Shown here: one piece after another, positions 16,119-23,604 of the stretch
How positions within the stretch are numbered: the first letter of the stretch is position 1
Layout: each line of letters opens with the position of its first letter
Virus record (IMG/VR): IMGVR_UViG_3300020042_001307
Location: 1 to 30,609 of that record
Length of the DNA: 30,609 nt
Source: a virus
Taxonomy: Duplodnaviria; Caudoviricetes
Reading direction: 5' to 3' (one strand)
Program-made: the position numbers and the translations under genes
The notes under the pieces: generated by a model
What the model was told of the DNA's origin: nothing
What the model saw: only the letters and a program-made list of their open reading frames with translations
Database searches by the model: none

Positions 16119-16154
16119 GTAAGGTATCTTAACTTATGTGTATCTTTTTTGCAA
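16119..16154 (-). promoter_or_regulatory. Promoter for the Cro-like gene with overlapping operator (probably leaderless mRNA)
   Basis: TTGCAA(16154-16149)-17bp-TAAGAT(16131-16126). The ATG lies 7 nt after the -10 and has no RBS. Operator variant GTAAGGTATCTTAA at 16119-16132. Confidence 0.7.
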
Positions 16155-16161
16155 ATACTTG

Positions 16162-16190
16162 TTGACTTGTGGTTTAAGTTATCTTAATAT
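16162..16190 (+). promoter_or_regulatory. Sigma70-like promoter of the rightward early arm with operator
   Basis: TTGACT-17bp-TAATAT. Exact operator TTAAGTTATCTTAA at 16174-16187. Confidence 0.72.
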
Positions 16191-16243
16191 CGTAGTACGG
16201 TATGTGCCGTGTTAACTACCCAAATGGGTGAGAAAGACTAAAA

Positions 16244-16465
16244 ATGAGTGATTACGACCAGCAGTTAGCAGACCAAGTTCAGATGCAGTTTGAACTGGAT
16301 GAAGTATTCAAAGACTTGGAAGATGGTGTACTTCTTACCAATCGTCAAGTAGACCTATTACGCCATTGCTGCGGATATGTCGCACCTAAACGCAATAACC
16401 ATGTAAACCCCGTCATTCGTGACATCGTGAACGACTTTGGTCAAATTTTTGGAGCAAACAAATGA
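16244..16465 (+). CDS. Hypothetical early protein
   Basis: 73 aa, first ORF after the promoter, ATGA overlap with the next gene. Confidence 0.72.
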   Translation: MSDYDQQLADQVQMQFELDEVFKDLEDGVLLTNRQVDLLRHCCGYVAPKRNNHVNPVIRDIVNDFGQIFGANK

Positions 16466-17076
16466 TTATTACTGATACACAAAAAGATTTTAAGATTGCC
16501 CCTGCTGGCTTACATATGGCACGGCTATATAGCATTATTGACCTAGGCCATCAAGCTACAGAGTGGGCTGGCGAAACCAAGATTATGCACAAAGTCGTAT
16601 TTACTTGGGAACTGCACGGTGACGATGACGCAGGACTTCCGCTAAAAACAGACGAGGGAAAGCCTTTGATCGTGTCCAAACGATATACCGTTAGTTTAGG
16701 CGATCAAGCCCGTTTACGGCAAGATTTAGAAAGCTGGTCAAATAAAAAAATGACTGCGGAAGATCGCAAGAACTTTGACCTAAAAGGCTTATTGGGTAAG
16801 TTTTGTATGGTAAACATCACGCATAGTGAAGATGGCAAATACGCCAACATTAGCGGCATTAGCCCTGTTCCTAGCGCATTGCGTAACGCCCAGCCTGAAG
16901 GCATTAACCCTACTAATCACTTTTGGCTGGCTGAATTTGACCAGTCTAAGTACGATGCGCTGCCTAAGTATTACAAAGAAAAGATTACGGAATCGTCTGA
17001 ATGGCGTGGTCAGAAACAGCGTGAAGCTGAGAAACCTACGCTTGTAGATGATGACTTATCTTCCATTCCGTTCTAA
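16462..17076 (+). CDS. Putative single-stranded DNA-binding protein
   Basis: 204 aa beta-rich core (IIDLGHQ, FTWEL, LLGKFCMVNI) with an acidic SSB-like tail DDDLSSIPF. Adjacent to an exonuclease. Confidence 0.72.
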   Translation: MIITDTQKDFKIAPAGLHMARLYSIIDLGHQATEWAGETKIMHKVVFTWELHGDDDAGLPLKTDEGKPLIVSKRYTVSLGDQARLRQDLESWSNKKMTAEDRKNFDLKGLLGKFCMVNITHSEDGKYANISGISPVPSALRNAQPEGINPTNHFWLAEFDQSKYDALPKYYKEKITESSEWRGQKQREAEKPTLVDDDLSSIPF

Positions 17077-17083
17077 GGCAAAA

Positions 17084-17827
17084 ATGATAGTTAAAGAAAA
17101 GGCACAAGAAAATGGTCATTGGTACAAGAAAGACGGCACTCCAGCCTATACAACCATCGGCAAGACTGGGGAAAGAGCCACAACGCTTCGTGACGCACGG
17201 AAGCTCGGACTTTTGCCTAGTGTTACGACAATTAACGGAATGTTATCGAAAGCAGGGCTTGATACATGGAAACAGCAACAAGTCCTCTTAGCAGCCTTAA
17301 CGCTGCCAAGGCAACCTGACGAACCTGAAGCCGACTGGTTGGCTAGGGTAATGCAAGATTCCAAAGCTACTGGTCGTGAAGCTGCGGAACGGGGTACGGC
17401 TATTCATGCCATTATTGAGTCGTATTTCGATCAAGTGTATATGCCTGAAAAACCACCGTACTTAGATGCGATTGATAGTACGCTTAAACGTACGTTTGGA
17501 GAGCAACTGTGGCTGCCTGAGAAATCGTTTGGGCATCCGCTAGGGTTTGGTGGCAAATGCGATTTAATGGCTAAAAACGGCTTTGTAGTCGATTTTAAGA
17601 CCAAAGACACCAACCTTGATAAAGTTGATGTTTTTTTCGAGCATGAGATGCAACTGGCGGCTTACCGTGAAGGCCTTGGCGTTCCAACAGCACGGTGCGC
17701 CATAGTGTTTGTTAACGGCACGACCAATCAGGTCAAGCTAATTGAAATAGAGCAGGATCGGCTTCAAAAGGGCTGGGAATGCTTTGAACACCTATTACGG
17801 GTCTATCAAATTAAGAACGGAATATAA
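17084..17827 (+). CDS. PD-(D/E)XK exonuclease (RecB/Cas4-like phage recombination nuclease)
   Basis: PSVTTI, RGTAIH, GKCDL, VVDFKT and QLAAY motifs. Start placed at ATG 17084. Confidence 0.88.
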   Translation: MIVKEKAQENGHWYKKDGTPAYTTIGKTGERATTLRDARKLGLLPSVTTINGMLSKAGLDTWKQQQVLLAALTLPRQPDEPEADWLARVMQDSKATGREAAERGTAIHAIIESYFDQVYMPEKPPYLDAIDSTLKRTFGEQLWLPEKSFGHPLGFGGKCDLMAKNGFVVDFKTKDTNLDKVDVFFEHEMQLAAYREGLGVPTARCAIVFVNGTTNQVKLIEIEQDRLQKGWECFEHLLRVYQIKNGI

Positions 17828-17832
17828 TGGTA

Positions 17833-17892
17833 GTTCCTTCACGGGAACGGGGGAAAGCAGGTACGCTTCGCATAACGGGCTGTGAGTACCCC
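17833..17892 (+). ncRNA. Putative small structured RNA with a loop-E/sarcin-ricin-type internal loop
   Basis: Hairpin GTTCC/GGAAC (17833-17848), then a GGGG/CCCC stem, a GAAA/GAGTA internal loop and a GCAG/CTGT stem (17849-17892). TATAAT at 17823-17828. Confidence 0.45.
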
Positions 17893-17945
17893 AACTATTA
17901 TGTTGTTTTTATGCAAATACTAGGGTAAGTCCCTATAAAATAGTA

Positions 17946-17974
17946 TTGACAAAGTTAAGATAACTTAATATACT
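17946..17974 (+). promoter_or_regulatory. Near-consensus sigma70 promoter with operator in the spacer
   Basis: TTGACA-17bp-TATACT. The spacer contains TTAAGATAACTTAA (17955-17968). Confidence 0.88.
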
Positions 17975-18016
17975 GGTGTTACTCCATTGGGGAGTGAGAA
18001 AGAAAAGGAGATGTAA

Positions 18017-18196
18017 ATGAGTAAGTGGAAAACAATAACGGTTTATGTTGTTAAAGCTGACGGCAAGTTTATTGACCAAGTTAATACAAAAGAAAAAGCC
18101 GAGCAAATAGCGGCTAAACACAAAGCCAAAGGCTGTAAAGTAATTATCAAAAAAACAACGGCAGAAACTATGTCAGTTAGCTTTGGGGTAATTTAA
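18017..18196 (+). CDS. Small basic hypothetical protein (59 aa)
   Basis: Not in ORF track. AAGGAG RBS. MSKWKTITVYVVKADGKFIDQVNTKEKAEQIAAKHKAKGCKVIIKKTTAETMSVSFGVI. TAATG overlap with the next gene. Confidence 0.8.
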   Translation: MSKWKTITVYVVKADGKFIDQVNTKEKAEQIAAKHKAKGCKVIIKKTTAETMSVSFGVI

Positions 18197-18420
18197 TGAA
18201 AAACAGAAACTATGTAATGTCTTTGTATTGCGGTGATACATACCTTGATGTGTACGGCAGTATTGATAAAGACGAACCCGATGTAGGTCATGTGGGTGGC
18301 GTAGACATTGAAGATGTCTTTATAGCCGATACCGAAATCAGCGTACTTGAAATGATTCATAGCCTAGGCTGGGATAAGTTCAACGACAAAGTTCAATCCG
18401 AATACACACCTGAAAGTTAA
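18196..18420 (+). CDS. Small acidic hypothetical protein
   Basis: 74 aa, D/E-rich, coupled to the previous gene. Confidence 0.75.
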   Translation: MKNRNYVMSLYCGDTYLDVYGSIDKDEPDVGHVGGVDIEDVFIADTEISVLEMIHSLGWDKFNDKVQSEYTPES

Positions 18421-18422
18421 AA

Positions 18423-18674
18423 ATGAAAAAATTACTGTTATTAACCCCATTGCTATTTGCAGCTTGCACATCGTACTCACCGCCCAATGTCAGCCTAGAA
18501 ACCGATAAACAGGCGTATCACATGACTAGGGCGCAGGTTATTCTAGGCATTAACGAATGCGAAGATGCTGGTACACGCCCCGTAGTTATTACTGCCAAGC
18601 GCAGAATTAACGGTGTTACTACCGATGTGCCTGTAGAAGTTACCTGCAACCCCCGTTATAAGATTTTTTATTAA
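18423..18674 (+). CDS. Lipoprotein
   Basis: MKKLLLLTPLLFAAC signal peptide II with lipobox. Two further cysteines in the mature part. Confidence 0.8.
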   Translation: MKKLLLLTPLLFAACTSYSPPNVSLETDKQAYHMTRAQVILGINECEDAGTRPVVITAKRRINGVTTDVPVEVTCNPRYKIFY

Positions 18675-18675
18675 C

Positions 18676-18762
18676 ATGAAAGACTTTATCTTAGGTGCTT
18701 TGATGGGGGTAGCGTTGTCTATATTTTTTTTCGTGGCTAACTACTTAATGGTGGGAATATGA
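18676..18762 (+). CDS. Single-TM micro-protein (28 aa)
   Basis: Not in ORF track. MKDFILGALMGVALSIFFFVANYLMVGI. Fills the gap exactly, with an ATGA overlap to the next gene. Confidence 0.68.
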   Translation: MKDFILGALMGVALSIFFFVANYLMVGI

Positions 18763-18965
18763 AACCAATAGCTTATATTACAAAAAACGGTGTTTTATTT
18801 AAAGAGTTACCACCTGCACCAATAAATTTAGAACCACTTTACGCCCATCCAATAAAAGAACTAACAGATAAGGAAATTGTAGATATTAATACTGAATTTT
18901 TAGCACCAAAAGGTTGTGATATTTACACTTTTGCTAGAGCAATACTAAGAAAGGCACAAGAATGA
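18759..18965 (+). CDS. Hypothetical phage protein (PLY.HP...LTD.EI...FARAI family)
   Basis: 68 aa, coupled at both ends. Confidence 0.75.
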   Translation: MKPIAYITKNGVLFKELPPAPINLEPLYAHPIKELTDKEIVDINTEFLAPKGCDIYTFARAILRKAQE

Positions 18966-19267
18966 ACAATAAATGGACTAAAGAAAACTTTGAAATCTAT
19001 GATGCAAAAAACCCTTGTATTTGGGAAATGTTTAAAAAGTTCTCATTGCAGGTAGCAGCTAAACGGCAATACTTTTCAGCTAAATGCGTGTTTCACCGTG
19101 TGCGCTGGGAAACCGTTATTGGCAATACAGGTGACTTTAAGATAGATGATGGCTGGATTAGTCACTACGCTAGGAAGTTTGCTCGGGAATATCCTGAACA
19201 CGAAAATCTATTTGAGTTTAGAACCCGTAAGAAAAGCTACCACAACGACCACTACGCACCGTTTTAA
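18962..19267 (+). CDS. Hypothetical phage protein (NP.IW...RWE...YAR.F family)
   Basis: 101 aa, aromatic/basic. Last gene of the early arm; its stop overlaps the endolysin stop. Confidence 0.78.
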   Translation: MNNKWTKENFEIYDAKNPCIWEMFKKFSLQVAAKRQYFSAKCVFHRVRWETVIGNTGDFKIDDGWISHYARKFAREYPEHENLFEFRTRKKSYHNDHYAPF

Positions 19268-19692
19268 GCGTATGGCCTTGTACCAGTTTTGTCGATAATT
19301 AAAGACTGTCTGCGAGGATTGCCCCCAGCAGTATTAGGCACAGAAATATGTGTCCAACGGTCAAATTCTCGAATAATTTGGTCATATCCAATCTCCGATG
19401 CAATAACAGCTTTAACGACTTCATCGGGGGTCATGCTCGGTACTCGTATATCTGCCGCACAACCAATCCGATGCTGGCTAGTGTCCTTTGATCCTACCGC
19501 ATCATTTACTTCTTTGCAACGAAAGGCTGAATTGACCATGATTGGCTTGCCGCCTATAACCGTTTTTACTTCTTCAAGAAACGCAGCCAAGCGCACAAGG
19601 TTAGCCATTTCTGTGGCGTTTGGCGTATTGTCAAACTGACGGTGATCTGTGTGAGTAAGTTCGTCTAAAGTAAAATGCGGACTTAGGTTCAT
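19264..19692 (-). CDS. Endolysin, peptidase M15A family
   Basis: LSPHFTLDEL, NSAFRC..VN..VG...SQH..G.AAD and WTHIS zinc-peptidase motifs. Confidence 0.9.
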   Translation of the reverse strand: MNLSPHFTLDELTHTDHRQFDNTPNATEMANLVRLAAFLEEVKTVIGGKPIMVNSAFRCKEVNDAVGSKDTSQHRIGCAADIRVPSMTPDEVVKAVIASEIGYDQIIREFDRWTHISVPNTAGGNPRRQSLIIDKTGTRPYA

Positions 19693-20057
19693 TTTTTAAG
19701 GTTAGCCATAATGCGTGTACCAAACAAAAACCCAAACGCAATGTTGGCGGCTTCTATGCCAATGCGCTGAATTTCAGGGGTAACAGATAAAAACAATGTA
19801 CCGATACCTACAACAATCACAAACAATGCCCCTAGATAGCGGCTAGATGCCCTTAAATCGACTACCCATTGGCTAGGTGAGCCGTAAGGGTTATCTAATG
19901 CAGCAAGGGCTTGTAGCTTGTTTATTTCGTTATTGTCTAGCTTTATCTGCTCATCAACGGAAATAGGCTTTACACCGCCTGTAACCATTCCAATAAGGCT
20001 TTTAATCCCGTCAATACCTACGGGAACTAAAGCACCAATAATGGTTTCTAGAATCAT
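19689..20057 (-). CDS. Putative holin
   Basis: 122 aa with hydrophobic segments and a GFLFGTR C-terminal motif, immediately upstream of the endolysin. Confidence 0.65.
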   Translation of the reverse strand: MILETIIGALVPVGIDGIKSLIGMVTGGVKPISVDEQIKLDNNEINKLQALAALDNPYGSPSQWVVDLRASSRYLGALFVIVVGIGTLFLSVTPEIQRIGIEAANIAFGFLFGTRIMANLKK

Positions 20058-20269
20058 TTTTTAAAAAATAACTCTGTTACATAACTAATACACGCACCTG
20101 CAACAGACGCTACGCCCATCAAGGCCCACAAAGACCCTTTAGACCTTTCTGCCATAGCGACTAACTTCTTAATATCAGATTCCATGCTATCTACTTTTTC
20201 TTGCAGATGCTCGACTTGGGCTACTAGACCACCAAATTTGAATGGATCAAATTCAAACTTATCGTTCAT
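20054..20269 (-). CDS. Coiled-coil plus C-terminal TM protein (lysis-associated, XhlA-like architecture)
   Basis: 71 aa. Heptad region followed by one TM helix. In the lysis cassette. Confidence 0.68.
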   Translation of the reverse strand: MNDKFEFDPFKFGGLVAQVEHLQEKVDSMESDIKKLVAMAERSKGSLWALMGVASVAGACISYVTELFFKK

Positions 20270-20406
20270 CCTAACCTCCGATTACTTTGCGACTTTTTTG
20301 CAGGACTTTTCCGTTTAGTCGCGACTTTTTTGCAAGGTTTAGAAACATTTAAAGTTTCCTTTTGAATGTATCCAAACCTATCAAATACCCAGTCAATGAT
20401 AAACAT
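20266..20406 (-). CDS. Small basic protein (46 aa)
   Basis: Not in ORF track. MFIIDWVFDRFGYIQKETLNVSKPCKKVATKRKSPAKKSQSNRRLG. Fills the gap, with an ATGA overlap to the next gene. Confidence 0.65.
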   Translation of the reverse strand: MFIIDWVFDRFGYIQKETLNVSKPCKKVATKRKSPAKKSQSNRRLG

Positions 20407-20408
20407 GA

Positions 20409-20678
20409 TTAGCCTTTAGGATACTTAGCTTTGATTGCCAAGCAGTCAGCAATGTATTTATCAATCTGTGCTTGGTCACCCTTTACTACACCATCAATGT
20501 AATCTGTGATGTTTGGATATTCTGATGCTCTTTTAGCAATATAAGCATGAGCATCTACATAAGCCTGAACTGCAGTTTTATCGTATGCGACTTCGTTGCC
20601 GTCTGCATCGTAAGCGACATCGCCACGAATGGTGACTACGGTTGGATTAAGAGCATAAATAGCGTAATGATTTGTCAT
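20409..20678 (-). CDS. Tail fibre assembly/chaperone-like protein
   Basis: 89 aa with a Y...RASEYP...IKAKYPK ending typical of genes that follow fibres. Confidence 0.7.
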   Translation of the reverse strand: MTNHYAIYALNPTVVTIRGDVAYDADGNEVAYDKTAVQAYVDAHAYIAKRASEYPNITDYIDGVVKGDQAQIDKYIADCLAIKAKYPKG

Positions 20679-21790
20679 GCCGCAATCTCCATAAGAGTTA
20701 TTCCTGAAGGACAGCTTGTAAGTTGTGCAAAAACAGTTCCAACTCCACCATATCTTGCATATGTTGTTTTATAAGTTGTTGCGGAAGTAGTTGCTGGAGA
20801 ATCTAAATACGATGTTGTGAAATAAATATCCATAGCACCCGTTCCATCAGATAAAGCCACCCTACCAGCAGTAATTAAATTAGTCGCACCCCTTAATAAT
20901 TTGATAGTTGCCCCACCATTATTTGCGGCATCATTATTAGCAAATATTTTTTGAGAAATTAAAATTAATATTTTGCTTGTTGAATATAGTGGTGTAATTG
21001 TTGCAGTTAATCCTGTATCAGAATCGCTTGTAGAAGTTGTAGAAACTTCTGTTGAAGTAGAACCATTAACCACTTGCAACACAGAACCAGTAGGTAATGC
21101 GGCACTAGGAATAGACTGACCGCTAGAGCCTGTGGTAATAATTGTGCCAGTTTCGTCTGGAATAGTTAAAGTTCTATTTGATGTAATAGCTGCTGAAGCA
21201 ATTAAATCTACATAGTTTGTTCCATTATCTGTATCTTCATACAAACGAACAGCAGATGGAGCTGTTGAATTTGCTGGGATTGATAAAAGACCAGATACAA
21301 CTCTTGCTGATTCCACTCCACCAACAGTCAAGCCTATAGTATCTGCTGCTGGAAAATAAATGCCTGTATTGGTATCTCCTGATGTAGTAATAGCTGGTAG
21401 TGATACTGAGCCAGCTTGTACTGTAGTTACACCTGTTGCAGATAATGTAGAAAACGCACCTGTATTAGCAGTAGTAGCGCCAATAGGTGTGTTATTGATT
21501 GAGCCGCCTGTAATAGCAACGGCATTAGCATTTTGTGGAGCAATAGTACCTACTTGACCAAAAGCAAGTGCATCTGTAGACGCTATTGCATTGGCTAACC
21601 CTGTAATGCGGTTGTTACCCATTTTAAGGTTGCCAGTAGCCGTAGTCTGTCCGTCAGAAGCTAATGATCCTGTAAGGGCGGTTGCCAAGTCAGTCATGGT
21701 GCTATTAGCCCATGTACTAGATATAGTTGTGCCAGTTACTACTGGATTACCAGCAGGTAAGGTGTATGTACCTGATCCATTCCTAGACAT
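20675..21790 (-). CDS. Tail fibre protein
   Basis: MSRNGSGTYTLPAGNPVVTGTTISSTWAN anchor domain, QNANAVAITGG, GDTNTGIYFP, GSVLQVV, YLDSPATTSATTYK and ITLMEIAA motifs. Confidence 0.85.
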   Translation of the reverse strand: MSRNGSGTYTLPAGNPVVTGTTISSTWANSTMTDLATALTGSLASDGQTTATGNLKMGNNRITGLANAIASTDALAFGQVGTIAPQNANAVAITGGSINNTPIGATTANTGAFSTLSATGVTTVQAGSVSLPAITTSGDTNTGIYFPAADTIGLTVGGVESARVVSGLLSIPANSTAPSAVRLYEDTDNGTNYVDLIASAAITSNRTLTIPDETGTIITTGSSGQSIPSAALPTGSVLQVVNGSTSTEVSTTSTSDSDTGLTATITPLYSTSKILILISQKIFANNDAANNGGATIKLLRGATNLITAGRVALSDGTGAMDIYFTTSYLDSPATTSATTYKTTYARYGGVGTVFAQLTSCPSGITLMEIAA

Positions 21791-23604
21791 TATTTTTTTC
21801 CTTTTCTTAATTCTTCTGCTATTTTTTCAGGCGAATAATTAATTGCTTCCTGCACTTGTTTGGTTAATCTTTGCTTTTCTAAGGCTTCTGATCCTACTTC
21901 AACCATTGGGCCAGCCAACGGAATTCTGTTTATTAACTTGCTAAATACTTTGTCCATAGCACTAGCTGTATTAGCGGTGTTTATTCCTAATGGAACATCG
22001 TAAACAAGTATGGCTGTATCACGCAAATTGCGTATTTCTTCAGCACCTTTTTTACCAAACAAATAGGTTAATTTGCCTGATTTATCAAGGTTTTTAACAA
22101 CAGTATCAAATTGGGCAGCAGAAACAATACGCCTTCCTGATTCATCCGTTTTAATGTTCTTGGTGATAGCTTCACGCATATATTCTATGGTTTGACCTAC
22201 CAGTTCACGGTATGCCTGTTGCCCTTCAGGGCCTGCCCTTTTAAGCGTTTGTCCAATTGCCTTAACATCATCAAGCGAACCATTTAAAATAGCGTGGTCA
22301 AATACCTTTTCAAAAGCTACAGCACGGTCAGTTGTGCCAGCTTTTTTGCTTAATAACTTGTCTACTACGCCTACATTCTCAAATTCTCTAGCGTAATTTG
22401 CCCGTAATTTTCTAGCATCTTGGTATAGATTGCCGCCCTTGCCTTCAGTAGATGCGTCAATTAACTTGTTAATTTCTCTACCAAATTCAGCATTTGTAGG
22501 AGTGCTGCCCGATAAACGACCTACCATCTTTCTAACTTCTTCAAGTTGATTAATGCTAATGTCACCAGCAGGTGCAAGCGTATCTAACTTCATCTTTGCG
22601 CTGGTAATAATTGGTGCATTAATAGCTTCAGCTTCCAAACTGTCTAAGAATGTTTTAATTGAATTTACATTAATTAATTCTTGGGTTTGACCTGATTCAT
22701 CAGCAAGTTTATAAGCGTTGCTAATTTCTTTTTTAGCTGCTTTGGCTTTGTTTACTAATGCGCTATCTACTACTTTACCTACTTCGTACAGGTTATCAGG
22801 TGCAGCAGTTTTTGAACCAATAGGCTCTAAAAATGCGTCAAAGTTAGATAATATGCGTTGGTTTTGATCTATTTTGCGATCAATAATTGGTCTACCTACA
22901 CCTTCAGGGTAGGTTTTCATTGTTTCCACTTCGAACTGCTGCTGACCTAGTTCTTTAGTAGCTTGTCCTTTGGTCAATGGTACTGGCACTCGTAACTGTT
23001 GTGCCATTTGCATACGGGTAATGGCTTCGGGGCTTTGCGCTGCACCTACGCCCGACATAGTAGACATAGGTGGTTCAGGCTGACGCAAGGCTTGTGCAAT
23101 GCGTGGCCCAGCTTCTTGTATTGTTTGTGCGGCTTGCCGTACTTGCGTAGGCGCACCACCTACTGCTCTTGCATAACTTGGAAGCATACCAAGGTTAGGA
23201 AGTACAGGCGGCAATTTAGATGCTTCAAACGCACTACCAATGCTTTGCAATACATCTTGACTTACAGGGCTTGTAGGTTGGAACATATTGCGTTCTGCCA
23301 TAGCCATTGGTGGTTCTTTTGTAATCAACGCAGATACAGCACTTGGTACAGTTAAAGCCGCACCTGAAATCATAGTTGCAGGAACTTCGTATAGAGCCTT
23401 TACTCGATCCATCATAGAACGAGTTGGTTGCTGAACTACGAGTGGATTTGGAACTTCGCCAACTACCGTAGGAACATCGCTGGTAATGATGTTGCCACCA
23501 CGATTTGTTTTTAAATAAACATCAGGGTTAAACCCTGCTTTTGCAGCAGAAGCGTTGCCTTTAGTTACTTGTTCTTGTAAGTACAAATCAGGATCGAAAG
23601 ACAT
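21790..23604 (-). CDS. Large internal virion / DNA ejection protein (putative)
   Basis: 604 aa, helical. Lies between the neck genes and tail fibre, as P22-type ejection proteins do. Confidence 0.62.
   Translation of the reverse strand: MSFDPDLYLQEQVTKGNASAAKAGFNPDVYLKTNRGGNIITSDVPTVVGEVPNPLVVQQPTRSMMDRVKALYEVPATMISGAALTVPSAVSALITKEPPMAMAERNMFQPTSPVSQDVLQSIGSAFEASKLPPVLPNLGMLPSYARAVGGAPTQVRQAAQTIQEAGPRIAQALRQPEPPMSTMSGVGAAQSPEAITRMQMAQQLRVPVPLTKGQATKELGQQQFEVETMKTYPEGVGRPIIDRKIDQNQRILSNFDAFLEPIGSKTAAPDNLYEVGKVVDSALVNKAKAAKKEISNAYKLADESGQTQELINVNSIKTFLDSLEAEAINAPIITSAKMKLDTLAPAGDISINQLEEVRKMVGRLSGSTPTNAEFGREINKLIDASTEGKGGNLYQDARKLRANYAREFENVGVVDKLLSKKAGTTDRAVAFEKVFDHAILNGSLDDVKAIGQTLKRAGPEGQQAYRELVGQTIEYMREAITKNIKTDESGRRIVSAAQFDTVVKNLDKSGKLTYLFGKKGAEEIRNLRDTAILVYDVPLGINTANTASAMDKVFSKLINRIPLAGPMVEVGSEALEKQRLTKQVQEAINYSPEKIAEELRKGKK

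Noticed and set aside
19289-19639. Antisense ORF within the endolysin as an embedded spanin
   Set aside because: Wrong strand for the lysis transcript, with no signal peptide or lipobox. Like the other antisense ORFs in the track it is a shadow frame.
20289-20334. 14-bp direct repeat GCGACTTTTTTGCA
   Set aside because: Lies in the lysine-rich tail of a small ORF, with no evidence of a separate function.
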